NCBI GenBank assembly: GCA_002104905.1
Contig: MCFE01000556.1
Span: 1-58,560, forward strand
Reading direction: 5' to 3'
Length of the DNA stretch: 58,560 nt
Origin: Basidiobolus meristosporus CBS 931.73
Lineage: Eukaryota > Fungi > Basidiobolomycota
In this document: piece by piece, positions 23,958 through 35,321 of the stretch
How the letters are laid out: every line of letters starts with the position of its first letter
Position numbering within the stretch: position 1 is the first letter of the stretch
Notes under the pieces: model-generated
Told to the model about the DNA's origin: nothing
Seen by the model: the letters and a program-made list of their open reading frames with translations, nothing else
Databases searched by the model: none
Made by a program: the position numbers and the translations under genes

Positions 23958-24478
23958 TGTCATGATCACATGACAACCATGAACACCCATGCCAAGTTTC
24001 AGCTCCCTAGCTCAATTTCTAAGAGATTCCTTCTGGAACCTTCTACCACCTTCCAGAAAGTTCCTGACCATTCCAAATCATTGTTACACAATGGAACATT
24101 CCATGGAAGCTTTCCATCGTATTTTTCATAGTCCAGTACCATATATGGAAATACCAGGTCACATGACTTAGTCACATGATCAGGTGACCCAATCCACCTC
24201 CCCATCCTGTCTCAGTGCCGTGTCATCTATGTCAATATCCCCAGCACCACTGCTGTGCCTCACCCCACAACCCCATTAGTATTAGCTAATATCTCTTGGC
24301 ATCAGTATAGCCAAAAAGTATATATAGTCCTATCCCCCCTTAAGTATTCCTCAGTCTGATAAACACAGGTCTTGAATAAACAGCCTTGCCTTGAATCCTG
24401 CCTTGCCTTGATGGTCCACACCTAAGTCCTGTCCTGCCGTGCCTAGCTTTTCCTCCTGCCTTGTGTCTATTCATAACA
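23958..24478 (+). repeat. 3' LTR (521 bp)
   Basis: Follows the purine tract GGAAGAGGAGAATAG; 2 mismatches to the 5' LTR. Confidence 0.98.
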
Positions 24479-24850
24479 GTTCTTTGCAGATATGCAGGAG
24501 GTATTCATGGCAGAAGTGGCAACAACCAAGCATATGTTTGCAAGATGTATATGTTACCAGCAGTACAAGGTATATGGCAACTTTGCAAGTATCACACTAA
24601 AAAGCCGCAAAGTTGAGGTGATAGAAGTATGTCAATTGTGGCAGGTGTGCACGTTTGCAGAGGTTAGTAAGCAGGAGGCCATAGATTTTTTGATTCAAAC
24701 CATATGTGGAATACCCAAGGTAGTAGTGGATAAGCAAATAAAGAGAGTTGATTCTAGAGTGGAATATATGAATTGCACAAGGGGAGGTAGAAAAAGGAAA
24801 TACCATTTGGTAAATTGGTATGGTAGCACTATACAAAACCAGCTGTAGGC
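24479..24850 (+). pseudogene. Probable right part of the transposase relic interrupted by the gypsy element
   Basis: Contiguous with 17566-18576 across the GTTCT TSD; open stretch EVFMAEVATTKHMFARC...; family assignment rests on position only. Confidence 0.4.
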
Positions 24851-26472
24851 TGTCATACTGCCAATATAATGCCTTCAGAGTCTTGCTGTGAGGCCATCAA
24901 AATACCATCAAGTTTCTTGCCATATAAGGCAATAGAATGTCCTGGCCAATTGGATCCACTTAAAATAGGTATAGAACGCTAAAAGACCACAACAATACCA
25001 TGCAAATACTTTCACAGCACCAATTAAGTCTTGTCAAGTTTTATCCCTTTATTTAGTGGTAAAATTAGCAAAACACTGTCATGATCCTGTCATAAGATTG
25101 TTTGGAGGGTTACTAATTCCAAGCTGCTGGTACTATGATGGTCTCTAAACAGGATCCTGATGGCTGATCAGGACTGGATTCACCTGTGGGACCAAATTAT
25201 TTTTCATAGGGTGTGGGCATACCAACTACTGACAAAGATGTGATAGTTACCATCCTCAACAGCCTGACAGACAGGTTTCAGGGCCTTGTATCAGCCCTAA
25301 AGTCTAGAACTGAAGACTTGACCTTGAACTATGTATATGGAAGGCTCCTGGATGAAGAATTAAGAAAATCAAGTGCCAATAAGAAGGAAGAAGAAAATGA
25401 TTTAATAAACAATGATGACCAACAAAGGAGATACTGAAGATCATTAAGCAGGTGTTCATGGGTGACAATAGAACACTGGATGCAACTGGAGAAGTAACCA
25501 TTCAAATAAACCTTGGAAGCAATAAAGGAAGCAACACAGTAACCTTCAAAGAAGTACTTGATGTACTAGCAGTAGCCAAGTGCCTACTCTCTGTAGGCAA
25601 GGCCACTGAAGCAGGACCCAGTTTCAGTTTTGACATTTAGATGCAGGATCACTGATCAAAATGGTGCCCATGTTTACTGAGTACCAGAGATCAGAGTCTC
25701 TGCAAGTTGCAGAGCATCTAAGAATAATTGGGTGCACAGTATATGCCAAGAAACTGTCCAGATATCAGTCTAAATTTGAGCTGAAAGGTATAAAATGTAT
25801 ATTTTAGGCTACTGCAATGAGAGTAAAGCATACGGACCCTACAATACCAAATCAAAGAAGCTGATCAAGTCCAGGGATGTTTTATTTAATAACAAATCAA
25901 ATTTTCACAAAAAATGGCATCAGATGATGACAAAACTATGATCTTGGGTCCACCTTAGAGTTGAATCAGAGCAAACCTATGAGAATTTTTTAACTCCAGA
26001 CAACTATAGAGCCATGGCTCAGCCTGAATCAGCTCCCAAGTATATCTTGGAAGTGAGCATTCCAGGATTACAAACCAGCAGATCAAACTGGAACAGAAAT
26101 AGCTCAAATTACTACATCAATGAAGGTACAAACTTATCATATGGCTATTTGGTCCATATTGATGAGCCCCAGAATGTAAAAGAGGCCCTAAATATCCCTC
26201 AGACAAAGTTCTGGAGATCTACAATGACTCAGGAGTATCAAGCCCTGATGGAAAATCAAACTTGGGACTTAGACAAATTACTAATCACCCAAAAATCAAC
26301 TGAATGCAGATGGGTCTTCAAGACAAAGTACCAGGTTGATGGTAGAACTGAAAGATACAAAGCCCAACTTGTGGCCAAAGAATACTCTCAAACAAAAGGA
26401 CTTGACTATACTGAGACCTTTAGACTGGTAGCCAAATTTAATTCCATCAGATCAATATTGGCTGTTGCAACC

Positions 26473-27149
26473 TGTTGTATCCAAGAGAAAAGTGTAATTA
26501 AACTCCTGAATAGTGTACCTGAACCTAAGTGACAACTAAGTGGAGAATCTTTGAATTGTGAGAGAGTGGCAGAACTATTGGCAGAGAGGTTCTGGTCTAA
26601 TATTGGTCTTATATATAGCTGAGTTTGGCTATAAAGGCAATAGAGTTGGTTTGCTATGCAGGCTAGGCTTGGTGTTCTTGGGAGTGCTAGATATGCTAGG
26701 CTTGGGTAGAAACTAGAACATAATTGTTGAGTACTTAATTCTGCTGAGACACACACTAAACCAGAAGGTTCAATAAGCTTTATTTATACTACTTTGATCA
26801 AGTTGAATTAGTAAGCACCAAGAGACTGGACTAATTGAAACATGTTTGGATGTTGATAGGTGCATAAGATATATGAAAGTTGCATCATTAATCAGATGAT
26901 GCCTTGGCAACTGCTAAGTTGTTGGATAGATCTCAGATGACTAATCACCAGGGAAGGATTGGGAGATTAGTTGATAAAGTAATGGCCATGTGGGAATTGA
27001 TCAGGTGGGACAGCTAAAGGCATATTCTGAGATGAGATAAAATAAGCCATAACTGGGATTAGTTATGTTTGGGTTAGGAAAAATCAGTTTGGGTACTAGA
27101 TATTCTAGCAGAGTAAAATTGGCTAAGATTTGAATGTTGATGCACAACA
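26473..27149. mobile_element. Solo LTR (677 bp) of a different family inserted in the copia RT
   Basis: TGTTGT...ACAACA termini; 5-bp TSD CAACC (26468-26472 and 27150-27154); removing it rejoins AVAT|SYKFLI.(MNVKTA). Confidence 0.82.
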
Positions 27150-27395
27150 CAACCAGTTATAAGTTTCTTATACTTTAAATGAATGTAAAACTGCATCTTG
27201 GGATGGAGAACTTGCTGAGGACATATATATGGACCAGCATGATGGGCTTGTTGACCAGGATAACACCCTTTTGGTCTGCAAGCTTTAAAAATCTCCATAC
27301 AGTCTCAAACAGCTGTAAAGAGCCTGGAACTGAAAGATGGATTCTTATTTGGAATCATTGAGCTTCCACAGGAGTACTGCTGACCATTGTATATA

Positions 27396-28127
27396 AGACT
27401 TGTTCTGTTGGATAGTGCCATGTTGAGCCATGAGTGCCAAATGATGCCATAGTGTGCCAGAGAGGCCAAGTGAGCCTATACTTGGCCACAGAGTGTGAAA
27501 CATAGATCTGCATCTTCATGCAAAGCAGCCCCTGTATTTCACCTATGATACAGGAGAAAATCCATTTTTTGACATTTTTTTGTGGATCAATATTGTGCAG
27601 GATGTGTAGAGCACTAAAGGATTGAAGATATGCATCTGGTACTCATTACCCATGGCACTCTGAATCTAGCTCCTGAGGCTTGTAACATGTCACAAAAATG
27701 CATGGCACTATCTTGGTCCACTGGTACTATCCAGCACCATAAGTGCTTTGTATTGATCTTACTTTAGGGCTAATATTCAAATATAGTGCTGGATACTATC
27801 AGTGGACCAAGATAGTGCCATGCATTTTTGTGACATGTTACAAGCCACAGGAGCTAGATTCAGAGTGCCGTGGGTATTGAGTACCAGATGCATATCTTCA
27901 ATCCTTTTGCGCACTTGCACATCCTGTACAACATTTACCTAAAAAAAAGGTCAAAGAATGGATTTTCTCCATCACAATGAGTGAAACACAGGGGTTGCTT
28001 TGCATGAAGATGCAGAGCTGTGCTGTGCACTCTGTGGCCAAGTGTAGGCTCACTTGGCCTCCCTGGCACACTATGGCATCATTTGGCACTCATGGCTCAA
28101 TGTGGCACTATCCAATGGAACAAGTCT
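27396..28127. mobile_element. 732-bp non-coding foldback element with about 345-bp inverted arms and a 3-bp TSD
   Basis: Left arm 27396-~27740 is colinear with the reverse complement of ~27783-28127; termini AGACTTGTTC/GAACAAGTCT; ATA on both sides. Confidence 0.9.
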
Positions 28128-29639
28128 ATACTATAAGCCAGATAGAGCAAATCAATTGTATTAGCTCTATATGTGGATGATATTTTTATAGCCACCAATA
28201 ACCTGAAAACATTGGAAGAGACTACATCCAGCCTATCTAAGGTGCTCAAGATGGCCAATCTAGGAGAACTCAGTTACTACTTAGGGATAATGCTCTCCAT
28301 AGACAGAAGTACCCAGGCTATTACACTAAGCCAATCCAAGTATACTCAAGATATACTAAAGAAGTACCAAATGGAAGACTGTAAACTGTCAGCTACCCCA
28401 ATGTACACAAACCTTAACTTGGTTAAAACTCAACCAAGTCAAGAGAACTTGGTTCCATCTGAAATTCCAGAGTTCCCTTACCAATCTACAGTTGAGAGTT
28501 TGATGTAAATTATGCTTGGAAGATGTCCAGATATCCCATATTCATTGGGAGCTGTCAGCAAGCATAATTAGTACTATGGATCTGATCTCATTGCAGCAGC
28601 TAAGAAGATTTTCAGATACCTAAAAGGATCTGCTGATATCTGCTTAAGGTACACCTATAAAGATTCAGAACAAGATTGTGTGGGTTACTCTGATGTTGAT
28701 TGTGGACAAAATTTAGGAGACAGAAGATCCACCACAGGATACAACTTTCATCACTGTGAAGGTGCAACAACCATAGTAGTTTCAACCACAGAGGCAGAGT
28801 ATATGGCAGCCTGTAAAACTATAAAATAGGCAATGTGGCTAAGAAAGCTTGTCAAAGACTTGGGCTTATGTCAAAAAATGCATATAGCTTTATTTCAAGA
28901 TGATGAAGCATGCATAAAATTAGGTAGAAATCCAACTTTTTGCACTAGAACTAAGCACATAGATATCAGATATCATTTCATGCATAAAGCTATAGAGAAT
29001 AGCTTATTTAGCTCAGTTTACTGTCCTACAGATGAAATAATTGCAAAAATATTTACCAAACCATAAGCTAGAGACAAATATGAATATCTTAGATCAAAAT
29101 CAGGACTAGTCAGTATAAACATTTAGTTAAGTGGGAGTGCTGCAAAAATTTATAATCTCACCTAACTACTCTCCAAACAAAGTCACTTGTATCATTACCT
29201 ACAAATTGTAGTGAATACTGACCAAATTCCTTGTTGGGACTTACTTGGAATATTTTCACCAAAATATCAGGTACCCAGAACATGAAAATTCTCAAAGTTG
29301 TCCAAACAGTACCAAACTTGGCACACATGTTCTTGGGACCTTTCTAGCCCTATTCAGTCCGGTTTTTATGCCAAGACCATGTAAAAGCATAAATACTACT
29401 TTTACATTCAATAAATCAATAAGTGAAAACCACATAATCTACTTGTCCTCCCAAATCACTTCCAATATCTCCAAGACTCTTACAATATTAACAAGATCTT
29501 CCAGGAGAATTTTAGATCAATTCAAGTCACCTTACATCATCATAAGTTTTGTCAAATACAAGTCATAAGCAACTACAAACAAGTAGTAGCTAGGACCAAA
29601 CATAAAGTCACAGTTGACATCTGGTTGCATTCCATTACC

Positions 29640-30140
29640 GACCATAAAGGCTGGCTTTTCATATTTCTCTCTTGATGGCAACTTGGACATTGAGGCACTC
29701 TGACAAACACGTGATTGGCAAATGTATCCATTAATGGACTCTGATCTCCTTTGTTTTGATGCCCACTTGGACAGAGTCAATTACTTACTTTGACACCACT
29801 CTCAATGATGGAGAAGGTGCTTCCTCCAGTGCCACTGTCACACTTGGAGACTCTTTAGATGAACTTGTTAAATATACAATTCCCGCTTGTTGCAGACGTT
29901 GTAGCCATTGACCAACTCACTGGTCCCTTGACACTAAATGCTGACCTGGTCTCCTTTGTTCAGAGTGTCTACCTGGGAGTTACTAGTTCCTGGGCCTTGT
30001 CATTGATGGGGGAACGCTTTGCCTCCTGCTTCAGAACACCTCGAAACGCCGGCAGTGAAATCAGTTCCGGTCTCCGCATAGTTGTCAAATACACGCTTGC
30101 CAATCAATAGTTTGTCCCAAATATTGCATTCATTAACGAA
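29640..30140 (-). pseudogene. Relic gene with tandem SH3b-like cell-wall-binding repeats
   Basis: VNECNIWDKLLIGKRVFDNYAETGTDFTAGVSRC, then GGKAFP, GPGTSNSQVDTLNKGDQVSI*CQGTSELVNGYNV and a third NKGDQ..VPQCPS unit; fits the GPGT..G..V.I.CQ..VNG.NIWDK..DYYV.TG..C pattern. Confidence 0.6.
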
Positions 30141-31046
30141 ACAAAAAAACCCTAAGTTCTCTCGATGTTCATCGGACAACAAATAGGTGGGAGCGAGTAT
30201 CGTACTCTTGCTTGATCACCAACCAACTATTCATAGTTGAGATTCTGAATGAAAAAGGCAGAAATTGATCTTCATGATAATAGTGTTTTTGTAAGAAAAA
30301 ACTCCGTGACTATTGAGTTGCATATGGTATTTGTATGTACTGGATCTGGGTAACTGGCAGCAAAGAAACTCTTTCCATTGTCATTGGCAATTTCATCGTT
30401 TCCTAAATATCGAGGGCCATCGTAAGAGAAATCAAGCTGTTGGATAAACCTTAGAGAATGCAGTAATCCACCTATGGAAGTTAGCTTCTATAGTCAAATC
30501 AACTCACTGGAACATTAGTAATCACCGGTGTCAACGAACCTAAATGGAAAATGGAAACACTGGATCTATGGGATTATATACATGAAATAGTACTAACCCA
30601 TTTAGTAATTTCCAATTATGGTTTTTCGTTTTCATGGCTTTACCAGTACGCTGGACATGGAATTTACGAAGCAACCGACAACACGATTCTATTTGGTTGG
30701 TGTATGTGTGTATATAAATCAACTTTCATTCCACTTGATGTTGGACAGTGTAGGTGCCAAGACTACCTGAGACACAGTGGATAAATAAATGAGCGTGACT
30801 GGTGTTACACATGTTGCAGACAACTGGTTTATTTCTGCTGATACCTGTCCTGATGCACCAGTTTAAAACCGAAGATTACGATTTAAAGCTGAGTATGTCA
30901 AGTTTATTTGGTGAGCAACAACCAGTACGTCATCCAGGTTGGGATTTTTACAAGGGGAGGTGGATGTGACTGACCTTTTGCTAACAATAAAGACAAGTAG
31001 AGAGGATAGATTATGAACAATATATACATTGAAATCCGCATCGGCC

Positions 31047-31497
31047 TTAGCGACAACATTCAAAAGAATAAGTGCATTTTGTTGGCTTGGCTGAATCTAA
31101 ACTGCGTGTATATAGCTGGCTCGCCTTTGCCATTATCGAGGCCAAGCTTCCATGGTATTCCAGCAACATTGGCTTTATGACTAGCTCGTGATGAGAGGCG
31201 GCACAGGGATTCTTGAAATCTGTAACAGCGGCCCGAGAGATCTACAGTGAGGCGAGATTAGTTTCAGGGAGATAGAGTGCAGGTTCGAAACGAGGGCTCA
31301 CACACCGTATAGCCATTACTATTGATCTCCATACGGACATGCACTCCTTCAAGAAGAATGAATTCGAATATGCACCACGATAGGTAGGGATCTACTGGGT
31401 GTCTCATGGTCAGAATCTCTAGAGAACCCTCTTCCACACCAAATTGTAAACCACGTAGTGCAGTGATCACTTCTTCGCGGTTGTTAGTTGACTTCAT
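31047..31497 (-). CDS. Two-exon 128-aa GSKIP-like (DUF727) protein; exons 31497-31306 and 31241-31047
   Basis: 64-bp GT..CTAAT..TAG intron joins in frame; TATAAAAA upstream; EEVITALRGLQFGV..FILLEGVHVRMEINSNGYTI..SLASIMAKASQLY resembles the GSKIP-domain pattern. Confidence 0.5.
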
Positions 31498-31846
31498 AGA
31501 ATGCGCAGATATACTTGGAAGAGAGGTTTCTCTCTAATGCCCCGAGAGGGGGGCTGGTTTTTATAGCAACTTGCGTGTGGATGATAATTTCACCATCGTT
31601 GATCCGCACAGACTAGCAGAATTGGGAACGCTAGTAAAAAAGGGAACCAGCGTGATTGATTAACGTAGTTTGGGTCATTGATATCATGAGGAATGAGGGA
31701 TGGATGAAGGACGGATGATGCGTTATGGGAAGAGTACCATTTTGGTGACTCGATAGGTCAGGTGATCGATTAATCAGCACCTAAAAGAGCAATGCTGATC
31801 ATCTGCTCGATAAATTAGGAGATTTTCCGCTTCCGTAACGAGCAAC

Positions 31847-31918
31847 GATTAATCAGCGTTGTTGGATTTAACACTCGGCCTGGATTAATCAGTGTTGTAG
31901 GATTTAACACTCGACCAG
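31847..31918. repeat. 36-bp tandem duplication containing palindromic GATTAATC
   Basis: GATTAATCAGCGTTGTTGGATTTAACACTCGGCCTG / GATTAATCAGTGTTGTAGGATTTAACACTCGACCAG. Confidence 0.8.
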
Positions 31919-32912
31919 GATTCGAAATGTGATTCGAGGAGTGCTGATGTTAATCTCACAGTTTGTCACATCATTACACAGGAAACATTCCATTCACTCT
32001 TCTAGCGTCAGGTAACATCCCATTCACTCCAACTGTGGCATCCAGTCGTATCACTACTACCATTGATGGACGGCGTAGAGAAAAAAGCACTCGAGAGGTG
32101 GTCCAGCTTAATTTATAGCTTGGCTGTAGCGAATGGCAGCCAAAAACCCCAAATCTGTATTGCCTGCCCCAAAACCACCAGACCCCCAATGTACACCAAA
32201 CTCCAAACAGGAATCAGTAATTAGTCAAATGCAGAGAATGTTGGGAACCAGACTGTGGGAAGTCTAGACGGGGCTGGATTCCATGGTGCCTAGCACAAAA
32301 AACCAGGTCACGTGTGTTGGAAATCATCTGAACAGTGGCTTTGTTTATAGCCCAATCGGTGCCTCTATCTAACCCATCTTCATGGCTAGAACGTTGATAG
32401 TACTCAACCGGAATTAAACAATGTCTCGCTTCTCTTTTTCCCGAAATTAAGCAAGATACTTGTTATACCTTCTGGCTTTACTTTACCCATCACAATTAAG
32501 CAACAGGCGAATCTAGGCCTGGGTTCCGGTAGTCAAAATATTAGTATGTGATCCCAAGTACGCATATAATGGCTATTCCCCACACGATTCTAGTGCGCTC
32601 TTTTCCTCTTCCTTCTTTCCCTCTTTAACCTTTCCTACTTTATCGTGTTTCATTTCCAAGAATAGCTACAAATTCGTTCTTTACCCCAGGATCCACAGAT
32701 CTCAAGATTTGGGTCATTTGTCAGCAATATTAAATACCTCGGACGTCCAATTGTTGTTAGGATAAAAGGTGTTCGCTATTTAAAAGACTCCCGTATACCC
32801 AGTTCTTTGAAATCCATTCCCCAGCCTATTTGACTGATATCCATAGACAGTATTGACCTACTCCTGTCACATTTAACCCCCCCCCATTGGCATAGGAAGT
32901 TGACTAACAATC

Positions 32913-34877
32913 TTGAGGATGTTTTCTTATGGATTGAGAAAGGGAACCACTGGCCCACACAATGGAAAAGGCGCTGGGTTCGGAGTTAGTACCGGCGTGG
33001 GGCTGCTACTTGCCCCAAGTGCTTCCAATTTCATACAGCAGAGAGTTTGTCGATATGCTTCCATGATACGTGACGGAGCTATATATCTGAGCCTGAAGAA
33101 CGACCGCTATCTTATTACTCAAAGGCCTCACTGGAAAGGCCATTGTAAATGCAACCTATATAGCCAGAACGTATCTGACGACAGTGCGGTTCAAGAGACT
33201 AGGCTATGCTTGAAAGCCGAGGAGATGGATCCATTGGAGTTATCTATGAACCGCCTATGTGAAGAAGCGGAGAGGAGATCTTTGGAAAAGGATGATTTTC
33301 TAATTCTGTACCTGGACAGAAGCAAACTTCCAATGGTTAAGGGTCCCGCGCCTCCACCAGAACCTGATTTCCCAGCTACCGCTACCACAGAGAACTCTCT
33401 TCTCTCCAGAGAAGAATGTTCAACCGAACAAACCCCGAAAAAGGAGTGCCCCACAGAGAAACTGCTTTTGGTTAGTGATGGCATGGCAGAGAGAGATACA
33501 GTTGATGTCAAAAATATACCCAAATTTGACCAAATTGATTCGATGATTACTCCAAAATCAGAAGTCCCTGAGGAGGCTGAAAAGACTTCCATTGGCCAAG
33601 AAACATTGGAACATGAACAGCCACAACTTATTGATTCTAACTTGGAGCAATCGGTGCTCTCTGACCCTGATGTGGAACTAGGCAAAGAATCAAACAATGA
33701 TGCAGAGCCACAAGTGCACGCCATGGAGCAAGATGTAGATTCCCCGCCTAGTCTTACCACAGATACTCCTGTGCTTGCTCCGGACATGACTCCAGATATG
33801 CCCTTGGTAACCTGCACCAGTCCTTCGGAGCCAGTTATGGATTCCCAACCGCTCGCACCTGAGTTAGATATCTCGATGCCTTCTGCCGAGCAAAACCCAG
33901 AGCTTTCCGAAAACAACTCAGAATCTGTTGTAGAGCCTGACACCCCTATCGAACTAATTGTGGCTGTTGATGCTACATTGCCTTTGGTTACCCTACCAGA
34001 AACTCCAACTGACGAGGTTGCACACGCTCCTATTCTAACCGCTGATTCAACTCTTGCGTCGATGACAGGAGTTTTGAACTACGAAAAGGATATAATGGTG
34101 GCGACACCCATAATTCTTGTCCAAGAGTTAGCAAACAAAGGGCCAGATACCATCACAACTTTGGCCATAGTGGAAGACTCCCAGACTAAATCAGAAGCGG
34201 ATCCACTTCCAGCATTGACATCCAACGAACAGGGCTCTGAAGCGTCTTCGACGGAAGAGCATAGCTTATCAGATTCAGGCTTTTTGGAATCTCCTGCAGA
34301 GCCAAGTCCGTTGGAAGAAAAGCACGAAGACACTCGCTTTGAGGAGATCAAGACTGAAGAGAGCAACGTCTACTGTGAAAGTACGCCGGATAATTCTGAC
34401 GTGACAACCACCCCACTCGCTACTGGTGAGCATAGCAGCACTCATCTTTCTCAGCCAGCCACTCCCCCTACAACTCCATCCCCACGTAGACGTCACACCT
34501 CCAACAATAGCTCCAAGAACAGCATATTGTCCTTGACCTCGGGAGTTTATTCCAGGCTTAAGAGCAGTAAATCCATGGACGTTCTTCATCCCCCACCCTC
34601 CGAGGCCTCAAGCTCCTCGGAGAAAAAGAAAAAAGGGCTGATGAACTCTCTTCGGAGACCGGTGAAGACCATCACTCGCAGTGCGACCGAGCTGTTCCAC
34701 CTAAGCCCCAAGAGACGTACCATAACCAACAACGTGCCAACTTCACCCACTACCCCCACATCACCGCCTCCGCCCACCTTTGATCAAAGCACCCTCTCCC
34801 CGACCAAGCAAAAAAAGGGAATCCTCAGCAGCACCAAGAAGTTCTTCCGCAAGCGAACCACCTCCATGGACCTTTGA
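32913..34877 (+). CDS. Hypothetical low-complexity acidic Ser/Thr/Pro-rich protein; true 5' exons uncertain
   Basis: 654-codon ORF with an acidic middle and a basic, Ser/Pro-rich tail; no recognisable domain in the main ORF. Confidence 0.7.
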   Translation: MRMFSYGLRKGTTGPHNGKGAGFGVSTGVGLLLAPSASNFIQQRVCRYASMIRDGAIYLSLKNDRYLITQRPHWKGHCKCNLYSQNVSDDSAVQETRLCLKAEEMDPLELSMNRLCEEAERRSLEKDDFLILYLDRSKLPMVKGPAPPPEPDFPATATTENSLLSREECSTEQTPKKECPTEKLLLVSDGMAERDTVDVKNIPKFDQIDSMITPKSEVPEEAEKTSIGQETLEHEQPQLIDSNLEQSVLSDPDVELGKESNNDAEPQVHAMEQDVDSPPSLTTDTPVLAPDMTPDMPLVTCTSPSEPVMDSQPLAPELDISMPSAEQNPELSENNSESVVEPDTPIELIVAVDATLPLVTLPETPTDEVAHAPILTADSTLASMTGVLNYEKDIMVATPIILVQELANKGPDTITTLAIVEDSQTKSEADPLPALTSNEQGSEASSTEEHSLSDSGFLESPAEPSPLEEKHEDTRFEEIKTEESNVYCESTPDNSDVTTTPLATGEHSSTHLSQPATPPTTPSPRRRHTSNNSSKNSILSLTSGVYSRLKSSKSMDVLHPPPSEASSSSEKKKKGLMNSLRRPVKTITRSATELFHLSPKRRTITNNVPTSPTTPTSPPPPTFDQSTLSPTKQKKGILSSTKKFFRKRTTSMDL

Positions 34878-35066
34878 TGCCATTATCCCTCGAGCCACCG
34901 CTTCTCCATTCGATGTTATATTTTACCTGGCTAGCCCACAGCTAGTGGAAACCCTTTTAAATACCCTCGTTGTAACCATTCTACTCGCTGAACGCATGTA
35001 AATTATTTGAAACAAAAAGATTTAATAAATCCCGTTGGAATTTGATTCGATTCGTGCGGCACTGGG

Positions 35067-35321
35067 TCACATATGCTGCTCTCCACTAACCGGATTCGCT
35101 ACACCGGGCATTCCGGTCCCCGCGGCAAAGGCCGGGATGTGAGGGTCGGTGGCTGTGCTGAAGGACTGATTAGATGCCGACGCTGAGCCAGCCTGGCGAC
35201 GGTCCACACTTTGCTGCTTTTGCTCACCCTTGGCAACCAAACTGTCGCTGTTGAGCATCTTCCCTAGGCCCTCCTGGACGTGGCCAGCGGCGTTCTTGGC
35301 AGAGTTGGAGATATTGGACAT
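35067..35321 (-). CDS. Small CsbD/Hmp1-like stress protein (84 aa)
   Basis: NAAGHVQEGLGKMLNSDSLVAKGEQKQ CsbD-like pattern; TATATAAG about 35 bp upstream. Confidence 0.6.
   Translation of the reverse strand: MSNISNSAKNAAGHVQEGLGKMLNSDSLVAKGEQKQQSVDRRQAGSASASNQSFSTATDPHIPAFAAGTGMPGVANPVSGEQHM

Larger units (their letters stand above)
18577..24478 (+). mobile_element. Full-length Ty3/gypsy chromovirus LTR retrotransposon (5.9 kb), very recent insertion
   Basis: Two 521-bp TG...CA LTRs; 5-bp TSD GTTCT (18572-18576 and 24479-24483); gag plus PR-RT-RH-IN-chromodomain; PPT at 23943-23957. Confidence 0.98.
25200..29487 (+). mobile_element. Degraded Ty1/copia element (gag-PR-IN-RT-RH fragments plus 3' LTR 29138-29487) carrying two nested insertions
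   Basis: VIVTILNSL..LNYVYGRLLDEE gag, MGDNRTLDATGE protease, EPQNVKEAL..WRSTMTQEYQALMENQTWDL RT, LYVDD region at about 28170, RTKHIDIRYHF RNaseH; AAGTGGGAG PPT; LTR homologous to 53105-53453. Confidence 0.9.

Noticed and set aside
25077-25086. TGTCATGATC identical to the gypsy LTR start
   Set aside because: Similarity ends after 10 bp
30551-30784. METLDLWDYI resembling a copia gag N-terminus
   Set aside because: No LTR, PBS or further gag similarity nearby
33191-34777. Long antisense ORFs here, and likewise over PTR2, the permease, ATP1, DNM1 and the LisH gene
   Set aside because: Shadow frames of real genes caused by codon bias
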